Shown here piece after piece: positions 34,490 to 64,000 of a stretch of 64,000 bases of DNA (positions are counted from its first letter, which is position 1; each line of letters begins with the position of its first letter). This DNA is from the human T2T-CHM13v2.0 reference genome, Homo sapiens. The stretch lies in the NCBI RefSeq assembly GCF_009914755.1, contig NC_060927.1, one strand, 5' to 3'. Below the pieces are notes generated by a model that was not told the DNA's origin, did no database searches, and saw only the letters and a list, made by a program, of their open reading frames with translations. The translations under genes and the position numbers were made by a program.

Positions 34490-36514
34490 GCCACTCATTC
34501 ATTCCTTCATCACTCCCTCACTCAACCATTCTCTCGCTCACTCATTTCCTCATTTATTCATCCCCTCACTCATGGACTCATCCATTCTCTGATTCTTTCA
34601 TCCCCTCACTCATTCCCTCATTCATTCTCTCTCACTCATTCTCTCATTTATTCATCCTCTCACTCATTCACTAATTCATCATTCTCTTATTTCCTCTCAT
34701 TCATTCCCTCATCACACATTCCCACGCTCACTCATTCCCTCATTCATTCATCCCCTCATTCATTCTCATTCATTCATTCTCTCAATTCTCACTTATTTAT
34801 TCATCCCCTCACTCATTCACTCATCCATTCATTCTCTCACTCATTCCCTCATTTATTCATCGCCTCACTCATTCACTCATTCTTTCACTCATTTCCTCAC
34901 TCATCCATTCTCTCACTCATTCACCCATTCATTCATTCTCTCACTCACTTCCTCACCCATCCATTCCCTCATCACACATTCCCTCACTCATTCCCTCATT
35001 TATTCATCCCCTCACTCATTCACCCATTTATTCTCTCATGTCTTCACTTGCTCATTCATTCCCTTACTCATCCATTATCTCATTCATCACTCATTTCCTC
35101 ACCCACTCATTTCCTCAGTTCATCCCCTCATTCATTTTCATTCATTCACCCATTTCCTCACTCACTCATCCCTCATTCATTCACTTGTCTCTCATTCCCT
35201 CACTCATTCATTTTCTCTCATTCCCTCATTCTTGTTCCTTCATTCATTCATCCCCTTGTTCACTCATGCTCTCACTCATTCATTCCCTCATCCATTCTCA
35301 CTCATTCCCTCATCACTCATTCCTTCATTCATTCTCTCATTTCCTCAGTCATTCCTTCATTTATTAATTCCCTCCCTCATTCATTCATTCATTTTCTCAC
35401 TCCTTTCCTCATTCATTCCCTAACTTATCCATTCTGATTCCCTCACCACTCATTCCTTCATTCATTCATCCCCTCACTCATTCCCTCATTCACTCACTCA
35501 TTCTCTCATTTATTCATCCCCCACTCATTCACTCATCCATTCATTCACCCACTCATTCCCTCATTCATTCATCCCTTCACTCATCCATTCATTCACTCAT
35601 TTCCTCACTCATCCATTCTCTCACTCGTTCATTCATTCATTCTCTCACTCATTTCCTTACTCATCCATTCTCTCACTCACTCGTTCACTCATTCCTTCAT
35701 TCTCTCACTGATTTCCTCATCCATCCATTCCCTCATCACACATTCCCTCACTCACCCATTCCCTCATTTATTCATCCCCTCACTCATTCACTTATTTATT
35801 CTATTTCTTCACTTATTCATTCCCTCACTCATTCATTCTCTCAGTCATTCATCAGTCATTTCCTCACCCACTCATTCCCTCAATTCATCCCCTCATTCGC
35901 TTTCATTCATTCACTCATTTCCTCACTCACTCATTCCCTCATTCATTCACTCATCACTCATTCCCTCATTCATCCATTCTCTCACTCATTCCCTCACTCA
36001 TTCATTTTCTCACTCATTCCCTCACTCTTGTTCCTTCATTCATTCATCCCCTCATTCACTCATGATCTCACTCATTCATACCCACACTCATCCATTCTCA
36101 CTCACTCCCTCATCACTCATTCCTTCATTCATCCCCACTCATTCTCACTCATTCCTTCATTCATTAATTCCTTCCCTCATTCATTTCCCTCATTCATTCA
36201 CTCCTTTCGTCATTCATCCATTCTCATTCCCTCACCACTTATTCCTTCATTCATTCATCCCCATTCACTTACTCATTCTTCTCACTCACTCATTTCCTCA
36301 GTCATTCATTCACTAATTTCCTCATTCATTCCCTTGCTCATTCATTCACTCCCTCATTCCCTCACTCACTTATTCCCTCATTCATTCACTCACTTATTCA
36401 TTCATTCCCTTGCTCATTCATTCACTCACTCATTTCCTCACTCATTCAATCCATCATGCATTCATTTTCTCACTCATTCATTCACTCACTTGCACAGTCC
36501 CTCACTCACTCATG
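34490..36514. repeat. About 2 kb degenerate (CATT/CACT/CCCT)n tetranucleotide tract, almost G-free on the + strand
   Basis: Read directly; it produces the H/S/F/I/L/P-rich spurious ORFs. Confidence 0.97.
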
Positions 36515-36679
36515 TCAGTGCACTTTTTACATTTTTCTCCTTCAAAGAGAAACCAGAGAGATAATATGGGGCTATGGTAGGCGCTCTCTGTGGGGACCTG
36601 GGCTCAGCACCTGAGCCTTCACCTGCCCTGCATGGGATGGGGGTTTGGCTCCTCCTGAGAGAGAGGATAAAGAGAACAC

Positions 36680-37230
36680 ATCATTCCATCACTCACTCAT
36701 TCATTCACTCACTCACCCACTCCTTCCCTCCCTGCCCTATCAGGCAGGCCTTTCCAGGGACCCTCTGGGAAGCAGGCAGAGGTGTAGTGCAGGGATATGC
36801 CCTTTTGCAGCTCACATGGGAGGGGACAGAGTGCTACCAAGCAGACAAGCAGAAGATCTGTCATGTCAGATGTCAACAAGTGTGCTGGAGGAGGAGAAGG
36901 CAGGGCAGCACCTGGGGGAGGGCCTCACTGAGAAGACAGCCCGTGAGGAGGCTGGCATGGTGAGGACTGAGTGGATGTGGAGGATGGGGAGAGGGGAGGC
37001 AAGGAGGCCAAAGGCCCAGCACCTATAGGCCTCAGCAAGAACCGTGGCCTTTATTTAGGTGAGATGGTAGTCACCGGAGGATGTTAAGCAGAGAAGGGCC
37101 ACAGTCTGACTCATACTTTAACAGCCCTCTCGCCTCCGTGTGGAAACAGACTGGGTGCAGGAGAGAAAGCGGGGCCTGCCAAGGAGGCTGCTGCTGCCAT
37201 CCCTCAGACGCTGGTGACAGCTGTGCAGCT
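36680..37230 (-). mobile_element. L2 remnant with its (CATT)-type tail at about 36680-36720
   Basis: L2-like motifs (gagggcctcactgagaag, ttaagcagaga...tctgactcatactttaac, aggaggctgctg). Confidence 0.65.
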
Positions 37231-37736
37231 GGAAGGAAGCCATATAATCCTGGCCACACTTAGGAGGAGAGTGGCTGGGCCACGTGTGGGTATAGAATGG
37301 AGAGGGGCTGGAGGATGCCCAGCAGCAGGAGGCCGGGTTCCCTATGCTGAGGAGGGAGGGCTGAGTCCGGACAGAGCCCAGCTTGTGTGGGGATGGGTTT
37401 GGCATCTATATGGGGCCCTGGAGAAAGCACAAGCCACCTGAAGCTGGCACGGGGAGGGTGGCCTGGGCTCCGTCCTCCCCAGTGGCGGGGCAGGGTCTGC
37501 GAGAGGATGTGTGTGTTTAGAAATCTGCTCCAAGCGTGGATGGGAGAAGATAAACTCCACACACGCTGATGGAGGCTGGGAAGCACTGCTGGAGTTGGTA
37601 TCAGGTGACAGGCATGGCTCAGGCAGGGATCAGCCTGTCTAAAAAAGGGCCTGCTGTGCTCTCAGCAAGGAAGATTGCCATCCAGGGTCAGAGGCTACTG
37701 TGATGGACAGACAGACGCCATTCCGAAAACATCGGA

Positions 37737-37742
37737 TTTATT
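37737..37742 (-). terminator. MGLL: MGLL distal polyadenylation signal AATAAA
   Basis: TTTATT on +; on the minus strand it is followed by GU-rich gtctgtctgt. Confidence 0.8.
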
Positions 37743-38562
37743 AGGATTAGCTGTAGTGTACACTGATTCCTTTAGCTCTAAATGGATACATATGTGCCCC
37801 GCAGACAGTATACACGCAGGGATGTGACTGAGCCACAGTGACATAGCAAACCCAACAGCTGGCTTGTGAAGCCATCGTGATCCCAACAAGGTCTATGTTA
37901 GCAATTGGTGAAAGAAGAAGAGAGTGAGATGGGACCCAGGTGGGCCTGGAGGTGGGATCCTGTGGGTTTTCAGAGCACCCACCAGTGCTCCCTTGGTGAG
38001 CCCAGCACCACCTGGAAGTGGAGGGAAGCTGGGTCGCTGCTGGAAGGGAGAGAGGCTGACTCTCTACCCCTCACCTCTGCAAGGAACTGAGGCCTGTAGG
38101 GTTGCGGCTGTCACTGGCTACAGGCGGCATCTTTCTGTAAAAAGCTTTTCAGGCATGAAACCCATTTCTGTATGGACTGGGCTGTGTTGACGGTGGTGCT
38201 TGGGCCTTGTGTGCCAGGCCTCTCTGGGTCCCCTCCCTGGCCTTTGCCTTCCTCTCACCTTCTCGAGGCCAAGCTGTGCGAGACCTGGCATTCCTTCCAA
38301 ACCTCAGTTCCTCCACGCCCCTGCGCTGGTGTGACTCCAGAGCTCAGAATGTCAGCACGGAGCCGTCAGTATCGAGAAGGAACTCAACGCAAGGCTTCAC
38401 AGCTTTCCAAGGACAGGGACCGGCTCTGGAGTGGCCGTGCGTGAGATGTCAGGCACGCTCACACGCAGGGTCCTGTGTTGGCTCCTGACCCAGCAGGGGG
38501 ACATGGTGGGCGGATGTACCAGCCCTTCTGGATAACATGACAGTCCCAATTTCAGGAAAGTT

Positions 38563-38568
38563 TTTATT
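38563..38568 (-). terminator. MGLL: Candidate proximal MGLL polyadenylation signal AATAAA
   Basis: TTTATT on + in an AT-rich patch of the UTR. Confidence 0.55.
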
Positions 38569-40853
38569 TTAAATATTGGTGATTCTTTAACCAGGAATGC
38601 AAATGCTACTGAAGTGCTGTGTGTGTCTCTGTGAGAGCCTTCATATAAATAAATTCATGCATCTAAAGAGTCCCTGGTCAGGCCGCATGCTGATATTCAA
38701 TTTGGGGAATGGTGATGCCATCACATGCATCTGGGGGAGGCAGCAGGGAGGCGTAGGGACTTTGTGTGGCCTGCTCTATCACAGCTCCTGGGAGAATTAC
38801 AGATCTGAGCCCAGGGCATCTCTGGGCTTTTGGAAAGGGTTCCTGCTTTTCCTGAGTTCCCATGGCTGCCCTGCTGCCGGGGCTGACTAAGCAGGCGGGG
38901 CTGGCTTTCTCAGTGCATATTTTACATTTTTCTCCTTCAAAGAGAAGCCAGGGAGACAAGCTGGAGCTACAGAAGGTGCTCTGTGGGGACTTGGGCCGGG
39001 TCAGCAACCAAGCCCCCACCTGCCCCTTGTGGGGTGAGGGCTTGGCTCCTCCCCCAGGGCACAGAGTGATCTTCAGCAGGGTGACCCGTTCCTGGCTCTC
39101 ATGGTGTGATCAGGGCTGCTGGAGGGAGGGTGGAGGGGCACACTCTCCAGGAACCAAGGTTAGCCTCCAGAACAGGGCCTGGGAGAGCAGTGGCAGTTCC
39201 CGCTGCTGGAGGAAGAAGGGCGGGAGCCCCTGAGGCCTAGACTTCATGTTGGGGGTCCTGGTGGGAAGTGGCCTCTCCTCTGTGGCCCCAGAACCCCTAC
39301 ATTGCACCTTCTGCAGGGCTTCAACGGTGGCAAAGCCCTGACCAGGGTCATATTTGCACTAAGGAGCCTCCTGAGGTAACAGCAAGTCCCATTTAGAAGG
39401 GGAAAGTATTCCCGAGGCGGGTGGTGAACCCCACTTATTGCTGGGAAAAAGTGAGGCCAAGGGCAGGGCTGGGGTGGTATTGGCACCTGAGAAGGGCAGG
39501 CTAGGCCCAGGGCCTCAGCTCTGAATGATTGGCTGATGCCAGCCTTGGCCTTGGGTGAGGCCTGTCCCGGCCTGTCCTGCTGTGGCCTGGGGCAGGGCTG
39601 GGGGTGCCTCCAGTCCCTGCTCTGGGTCACCGAGTGCTCCATGCAGACCTGGACAGGAAGGCCTGGCCTGCTGCTGTGCTGGGCCTCTCTTCTCCTGCCA
39701 CCAGAGGTAGCTGTGCTGCTAGCACTGACACTCCCAGGGTAGCTCTGGGCCACAGGCAGGCCCAGGCCCAGGCCTAGGGATCATAGCCCCATAGGGTGCC
39801 ACTGCTCCATGGTCCCTGGTGGGCAGGAAGAGCACTGGGCCTTGCCCATAGGAAAGGCCCAGCCAAGTCCCCTCTCGGGGGCTGCTGGCTTAGCTCCTAG
39901 AGCACAGAGCCCTCTGGCCCCACCACTGCCGGCCCAACCTGTCCAGTTCTGTACAGTAGCATCAAGCTCTGATTCCCTCAAACTCCCCTTGCTCCCTCCC
40001 ACCTATCCACCAAAATAGTCTCTGCTTTAAAATATACATTATATATTAGACATTTCATCTTCAATATGATTCTCTCATAGCATCAGGTAAAATTAGTGAC
40101 TCTAGAGGAAAGGCAGCCTTTGTGAGTACAGGCGGCACTCGGGGACCAACCTGAGCCTCCCCCTGGCAGGAGGGGAAGGGCAGGGGACAGAGAAGAGCCT
40201 TGGTTTCCTGCTCAGTTCTCCTTCTGGGCTAAGCCTCACCCCCCGCCCCTCTGCAAAGCCTGGTCTCAGGCTAACAAGGAGCCCACAAAGTCATGGGTGG
40301 CTGCTCATTTTGAGGAAGGGCTGGGCATTTTCTGAGCCTCAGAGGGGCACGTGAGTCTGCCCTGGGGAGCTGGCCCCTATGGAGACAGCAACCACCTCAT
40401 CACACGGCCAGAGGAAGGCCACCAAGCGGAGGCTGGTCAGAGAGGGCGCTGGGGCGTGAGCGAAGGGTGGGCAGGAAGGAGGCGCCTCCAGTTATTGCAG
40501 TCTGGTGTCCTGGGAACACCAGGAATTCCTGGAACCCTTGTGGGAGCTGGGAGAGGCAGGGCAGAGGCTTGGCTTTGTTTTCAGTGGACATTTTAGCACA
40601 TTCTTTGTGGAAAATCACCTGGGACCTTTCTCTTTTTTTGCATAAAGTGTCTAACCATTAAGGTAGGTCCAGTGTCTGATAGTCTAATGTATAACAAAAA
40701 TGTCTGTTATTTTTTAGAAAATTGTGTTAAGGATTTCTCCAATTTCTGATTTTTTTTTTTTTTTTTTTTTTTGCAAGCCATATCTGAGAAGCCATCTCTG
40801 CCCTTCCCCTGCCTGCATCCCCCAGACCATGAGCCGGGCACCGGCCAATGCAT

Positions 40854-59249
<18,396 letters not shown>

Positions 59250-60230
59250 CTAGCCGGGGAGGGAAAACAAGGGCTGTGAGCACAAGTGGCATCCACACCC
59301 GGCTCTTCCGCAGTGACAGTTTACAGTACATTAAGGAGAGTGATGCCCAAACTGAACATCAGCCAGGTTCGTCTCCCAAGCCTGCGTCCTTAAGCCTGCA
59401 TGCCCAAGGACTCTCCCTTCTGACTCAGCCTCTATTCAGCCTGGCTCTGCTCCACCTTGGGGGAGCTGGCCAGGCAGCCGCTGCGCCCAAGGTGGGAAGT
59501 CACGTCTGAATTTTGCCCGCTCTATACCCTCCCCATGATCGCTCATGGGTTGTAATTTTGCATCACTGGCAAGAGTTGCCTGGGATGAGCTCTGGCCATT
59601 TCTCTGGGGTACTGAAAATACACGGCAGGTGCAGAATCACACAGATCAACTGAGCACGAAGCAGGGCAGTGCGGAAGGGCCCACAGGAGCCACACAGAGA
59701 AAGTGTGCGTCCATTTCTCTCGGGTGGAAGTAGAAATAGCACCAGCTCGATGAGGAGGCTGTGTGGCAGAGGGAAGGATTGCTGGGTTTGATTCCTAGCT
59801 CTGCTGCCTCGTGAACATGGGCTGGGATTTCCACATCGCTGAGCCTCCGTTTCCTCAGCTGCCAGTGGGACCTTGACCCTCCCCCAGAGGACCACGGGGA
59901 AGGTGAATAACACCCTGTGTGCAAAAGCCCAGGGAACACAGCAGGAGCTTAACACATGCTCATTGAACTTGAGCCTGATTGAGGCCCAAACCTTCCCACC
60001 CCCTCCCCCATCTCTCCTTCTGGATCTCTTGTTTTCCCAGGAAAACAGAGAACCCGGATCTCACACTTCTGCCTTCAGAGAGGGGCTGTTTTCATTTCTG
60101 CAATGTGCACAGACATTTGGGGATGAAAGATGCTATTTCAAAAGTGAGCTGTGAAATGCTGAAATTAGAATTGGACGGAAGGTGGCAAGCAGTGAATTCT
60201 CAGTGTACATCAAGGGCACAGGGCACGTAG

Positions 60231-60605
<375 letters not shown>

Positions 60606-61764
60606 AGTCTCCCTGTCTTTGCAAAAGCCCTGGGAGATGAGGCTTCATCCTCACTGAACAGATGAGAAAATGGAGGCTCGGTACCATGAGGTCCATGGGA
60701 GGGGCCCCGGGCTGGGGGGCCGCTTTATCTTCTTATGCCACACAGCCTGGATTACTACGTCTCTGTCTCTGCCGCTGTCTGTGTCTCTCTCCACAAATGT
60801 AACCCAGAGCTCTAACCTTCCCGTGGGTCTTGGCACCAGCGGCCACTGATGTTCTTTTGGGGGACAAGATTGCTGTGCTTGCCCACCCTCCCTGTAGGCC
60901 AGGGCTAAACCTTCCTGTGTCCTAGGCCCGCACAAGTGTGGCGTGACTGCCCACCACGATTGTTTCTCAACCATCCAGTATCAGGCAGACAGCAAAAAAC
61001 GGGCTTTTCTCCTAAAGGGCTTTGTTCCATGTGCATGAACCTATTCGGAGTTCCATGTGGTCAACACTCCTTTTCTCAAATGGTAGAAATCAGTAATTCC
61101 TTCTTAGTGCAAAGGTGGCAGCCCCCTGCCTCTGAGGATACCGAAGCTTACTGCCCTCCAGCCTTGGCATCCAGGCAAGCAGATCTCATTCTGCAGCCGC
61201 CACTGTGCCAGGTGCTTTGCTGAGCCCTGGGCTCCGACTTTGACTGTCTAGTATAGAAGCATGCGGCAGCCTGACTTTGAGCACTGTGCAGGGGCATGGT
61301 GTGTCTGCATAATCGGAAGCCTCGAAGGGTGGCCGTGATGGGTCAGGAATGTTCAAGAGTCCAGCTAGTATCATGGGCCAGCTCCAAGAACGAGCCTGGG
61401 AAAGGAAAACTTGGAATTCTGGGAACTCTGCACAAGGACTGGGGTATTTTCAAACACTGATCAAATGTCTGTGAACTCCAAGAATTGGGAGCTCGTCTGC
61501 ATTGGGATCTGTGCTTTCAAAGGTTAAAACAATCTAAAAATGAGAAAATGGAGTGGATCAGTGCATAAAGGCAGTGGGCTGTGGCTCTGTGGCCTTCACT
61601 AGACTCTGGCTGTGTAAGGACGAGTGTTCCAGGGCCTTAGCGCTCTCCTCCAGCAGCAGTGGGCAAGGGCCACACTGTGAGGGAAGACTTCTGTGTTCCA
61701 CAGTTATGAAGAACTCACTTCTAGATATTCTGCTGTTCTCAGTACCCTGTCACTACTCCCTGAT

Positions 61765-61904
61765 GCTGGCAGTGTGTGTGTCCATGAAACACCACAAACA
61801 CCTCCTCCCAGTGCTGCCCTGAGAGACTGATTGTATTGGCCGAAGTGGAGCCCTGGCATCAGTGCCTTTTTAAAGTTCCCTAGTGATCCTGTGTGCAGCC
61901 AGAG
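61765..61904. repeat. Copy 1 of a ~140 bp direct duplication (MER5-like remnant)
   Basis: Aligns to 63672-63813 with 6 substitutions and one 2-nt indel. Confidence 0.92.
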
Positions 61905-63671
61905 GAGACATGGGGCTGCCAGCTGTGGCGGGAGGATCCCCACCACACTCAGGAACCGCAGGAAGGCTCTGTGTAACGGGATGGTGTGGTGTGCAAGTGC
62001 CAGCCTTGCAGGCGCTGCTCCCAGGTCAACCCACCTGCCTGCTGGGGCCCACACAGCCTTCTCAGGGACATGACTGTTTTATGTAAGCCAGCTTCCTACC
62101 CATTCCCTGACCAGATGGCTCAGAGCCAAGAAAAGGCCCAGGGACCCAGCACCTCAGCAGTGCCTGCCACAGAGGTGAAAGCAAGAGACCACCCAGCATC
62201 CACACCATTTCGTCCAAGCCCACCACCAGATTTCTCATTGTGCCACCATTTGTGTTTTGGGGACCCATCACCTGATTCTGCAGGGACCTGGGCCTGGAGG
62301 TGCCGGTCCATCTTCAGGATCAGTCATTTGTGAAGACAGACTTACCTTCATCCTTGAACATATGTTTCTGCTGCTGGCACCTCTTAACCCAAAACTTTTA
62401 TACCAAAAAGTGACAAGGCCTCTACTTCCAGGCTCTGGAGAAGATGCTGACAGCTTAGGCTGTTGGCGCCTCAAGGATCAGCGCAGCTTGAGCCATCCTT
62501 GAAGTGGTTTCACAGAGGTTGGGGAAGGGGGAACAGAGAGCCAGAGAGAGAGCCTGCCTCCAGGAGAGAATTACAGCAATCCCTATTCTGTCGTCTCACC
62601 CAGCAAGCCTGATTTTCTTCCTCCATGAACAGGGGAACTTTTTGCAGTTAAAGTAAGCTTTTAAGAAAAGAGCTTCGTAGGAAAAAAAAAAAAAAGAGGA
62701 GAGCCACTTCCTGAGAAGTATTTGCTTTAGAAAATGAACAATGCAAGGGGCTGGTCCCTGGAGGGAAGGAAGTGATTCCTGGCAGCTGAACGCCTCACCA
62801 TCCCCTTCCAGGTACAAAAAGCCAAGGACTGGGAGGCCTCCCCCTCCTATGGCTGTGAATGATCTATTGCTGAAAGCGCAAACAGGAGATGTGGGGAGAG
62901 CACATCCTGCTCAGGAGTGGAGGCAGAAGGTGACTTCCACTGCATGCATCCAGCTGAGCGCTGGCTGCCCAAGGACGGAAGGGACAAGCAGCCACCCTCG
63001 CTCCCCTAAAGGAGCTGCTGCCAGCAGGTTCAGGATGAGGGAATGTGCCTAAGAGGACAAGCTTGTAACAGTAAAACTCCCGTGGCTGATGGTGTGCATG
63101 AGGCACTGGTGTCCCGGCGACAATAACTGGTTGTTCCATCACGAATGTAGATGGAGGAACACGCCCTCCAGGAAGGCCTGGTGTAGATTCTGCAGACTTT
63201 TCCCAGTGAATGCGCACACAGGTGTGTCCTGGCACTAAATCCCGAGGAATGCCACCCCAAGAACAGAAAGGTCTCAGTGCATAGATGGTTGCTGAAGCCC
63301 TGGGTGCAAGTTACACCACAGAGAGTGTGCAAAGAGGCAGGAGGGGACCCGGGTGGATACACCATTCACAGGAAAGGTGCAGAAAGAGAAACCCATGAAG
63401 GAGACTTCTAGAGTCCTGGGATTCCCTTAAAACGATCTGTAACTCCCTGTCTTCCCAGGAAGATGGAACCGCCTGTACTGTTCTGTTCCTTCAATCCAGT
63501 TGGCGTATGGTAGCGGGCACAGCACACCCATCCCAACATCCCAGGGCCTCCCTGCTCAGTGTGGTCCTCAAACCAGCAGCGCCAGGGGCTCCAGGGCCAC
63601 CTGGCTTCTGGGTCAGGATCTGTAGCTTCACAGGGCTCCTGGGCATTCATGTGCGTGGTGAAGTCTCAGGG

Positions 63672-63813
63672 GCTGGCAGTGTGTGTGTCCATGAAACACC
63701 AGAAACACCTCCTCCCAGTGCTGCCCTGAGAGATTCTGATTGTATTGGCCAAAGTGGGGCCCTGGCATCAGGGCCTTTTTAAAGTTCCCTAGGGATCCTG
63801 TGTGCAGCTAGAG
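63672..63813. repeat. Copy 2 of the ~140 bp direct duplication (MER5-like remnant)
   Basis: Aligns to 61765-61904. Confidence 0.92.
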
Positions 63814-64000
63814 CAGAAGTGCCTCTGACAGGCACTGGCTAGGATGGAGGTGTACACGTCCCTGCAGGGCAAGCTGCCCTTTCAAAGGAACCACCATAAG
63901 AGATGTTTGCATAGCCCTGATCTTCAGCTCTTTTTCTAAACCTGCATAGTAAGTTCCAAGCCATATTTCTAACAAGACTCAATTGTGTAGAGGCAAATAT

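Larger units (their letters stand above)
37715..40853 (-). other. MGLL: MGLL long 3' UTR (about 3.1 kb)
   Basis: Repeat-poor stretch between the stop codon and the distal minus-strand AATAAA; exact end estimated. Confidence 0.75.

Noticed and set aside
34373-36564. 354-aa and other long His/Ser/Phe/Ile-rich ORFs
   Set aside because: They arise from the G-poor CATT tract, where TGA/TAG are nearly impossible. Several frames are open, there is no splice or codon structure, and they are low-complexity artefacts.

Overview
Mammalian genomic DNA. The Alu-rich background and recognised proteins indicate human chr3q21. Three spliced protein-coding genes are present. (1) The 3' part of PODXL2 (endoglycan, + strand): six coding exons at 9042-21141, ending in a DTHL PDZ-binding tail. 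(2) The complete ABTB1/BPOZ gene (+ strand): 12 coding exons at 21687-29142 that sum to 1437 nt (478 aa), starting only about 250 nt after the PODXL2 poly(A) signal inside a shared CpG island. (3) The convergent 3' end of MGLL (monoglyceride lipase, - strand): the last three coding exons at 59160-59249, 43556-43771 and 40854-40979, plus a 3' UTR of about 3.1 kb. The rest is intronic or intergenic: many Alus, MIR/L2/L1 remnants, a MADE1, a MER58, LTRs and a ~2 kb degenerate (CATT)n tract. No new protein-coding system is evident. The best leads are regulatory or structural: a candidate (UG)20-flanked poison cryptic exon in PODXL2, a multi-purpose PODXL2-terminator/ABTB1-promoter junction (AP-1, GC/G4, forkhead, CRE), an RBFOX motif cluster in ABTB1, higher-order structure in the CATT tract, two dispersed ~140 bp local duplications and a TSD-flanked 36-nt mini-retroinsertion. 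Repeat boundaries and subfamilies were called by eye and are approximate.
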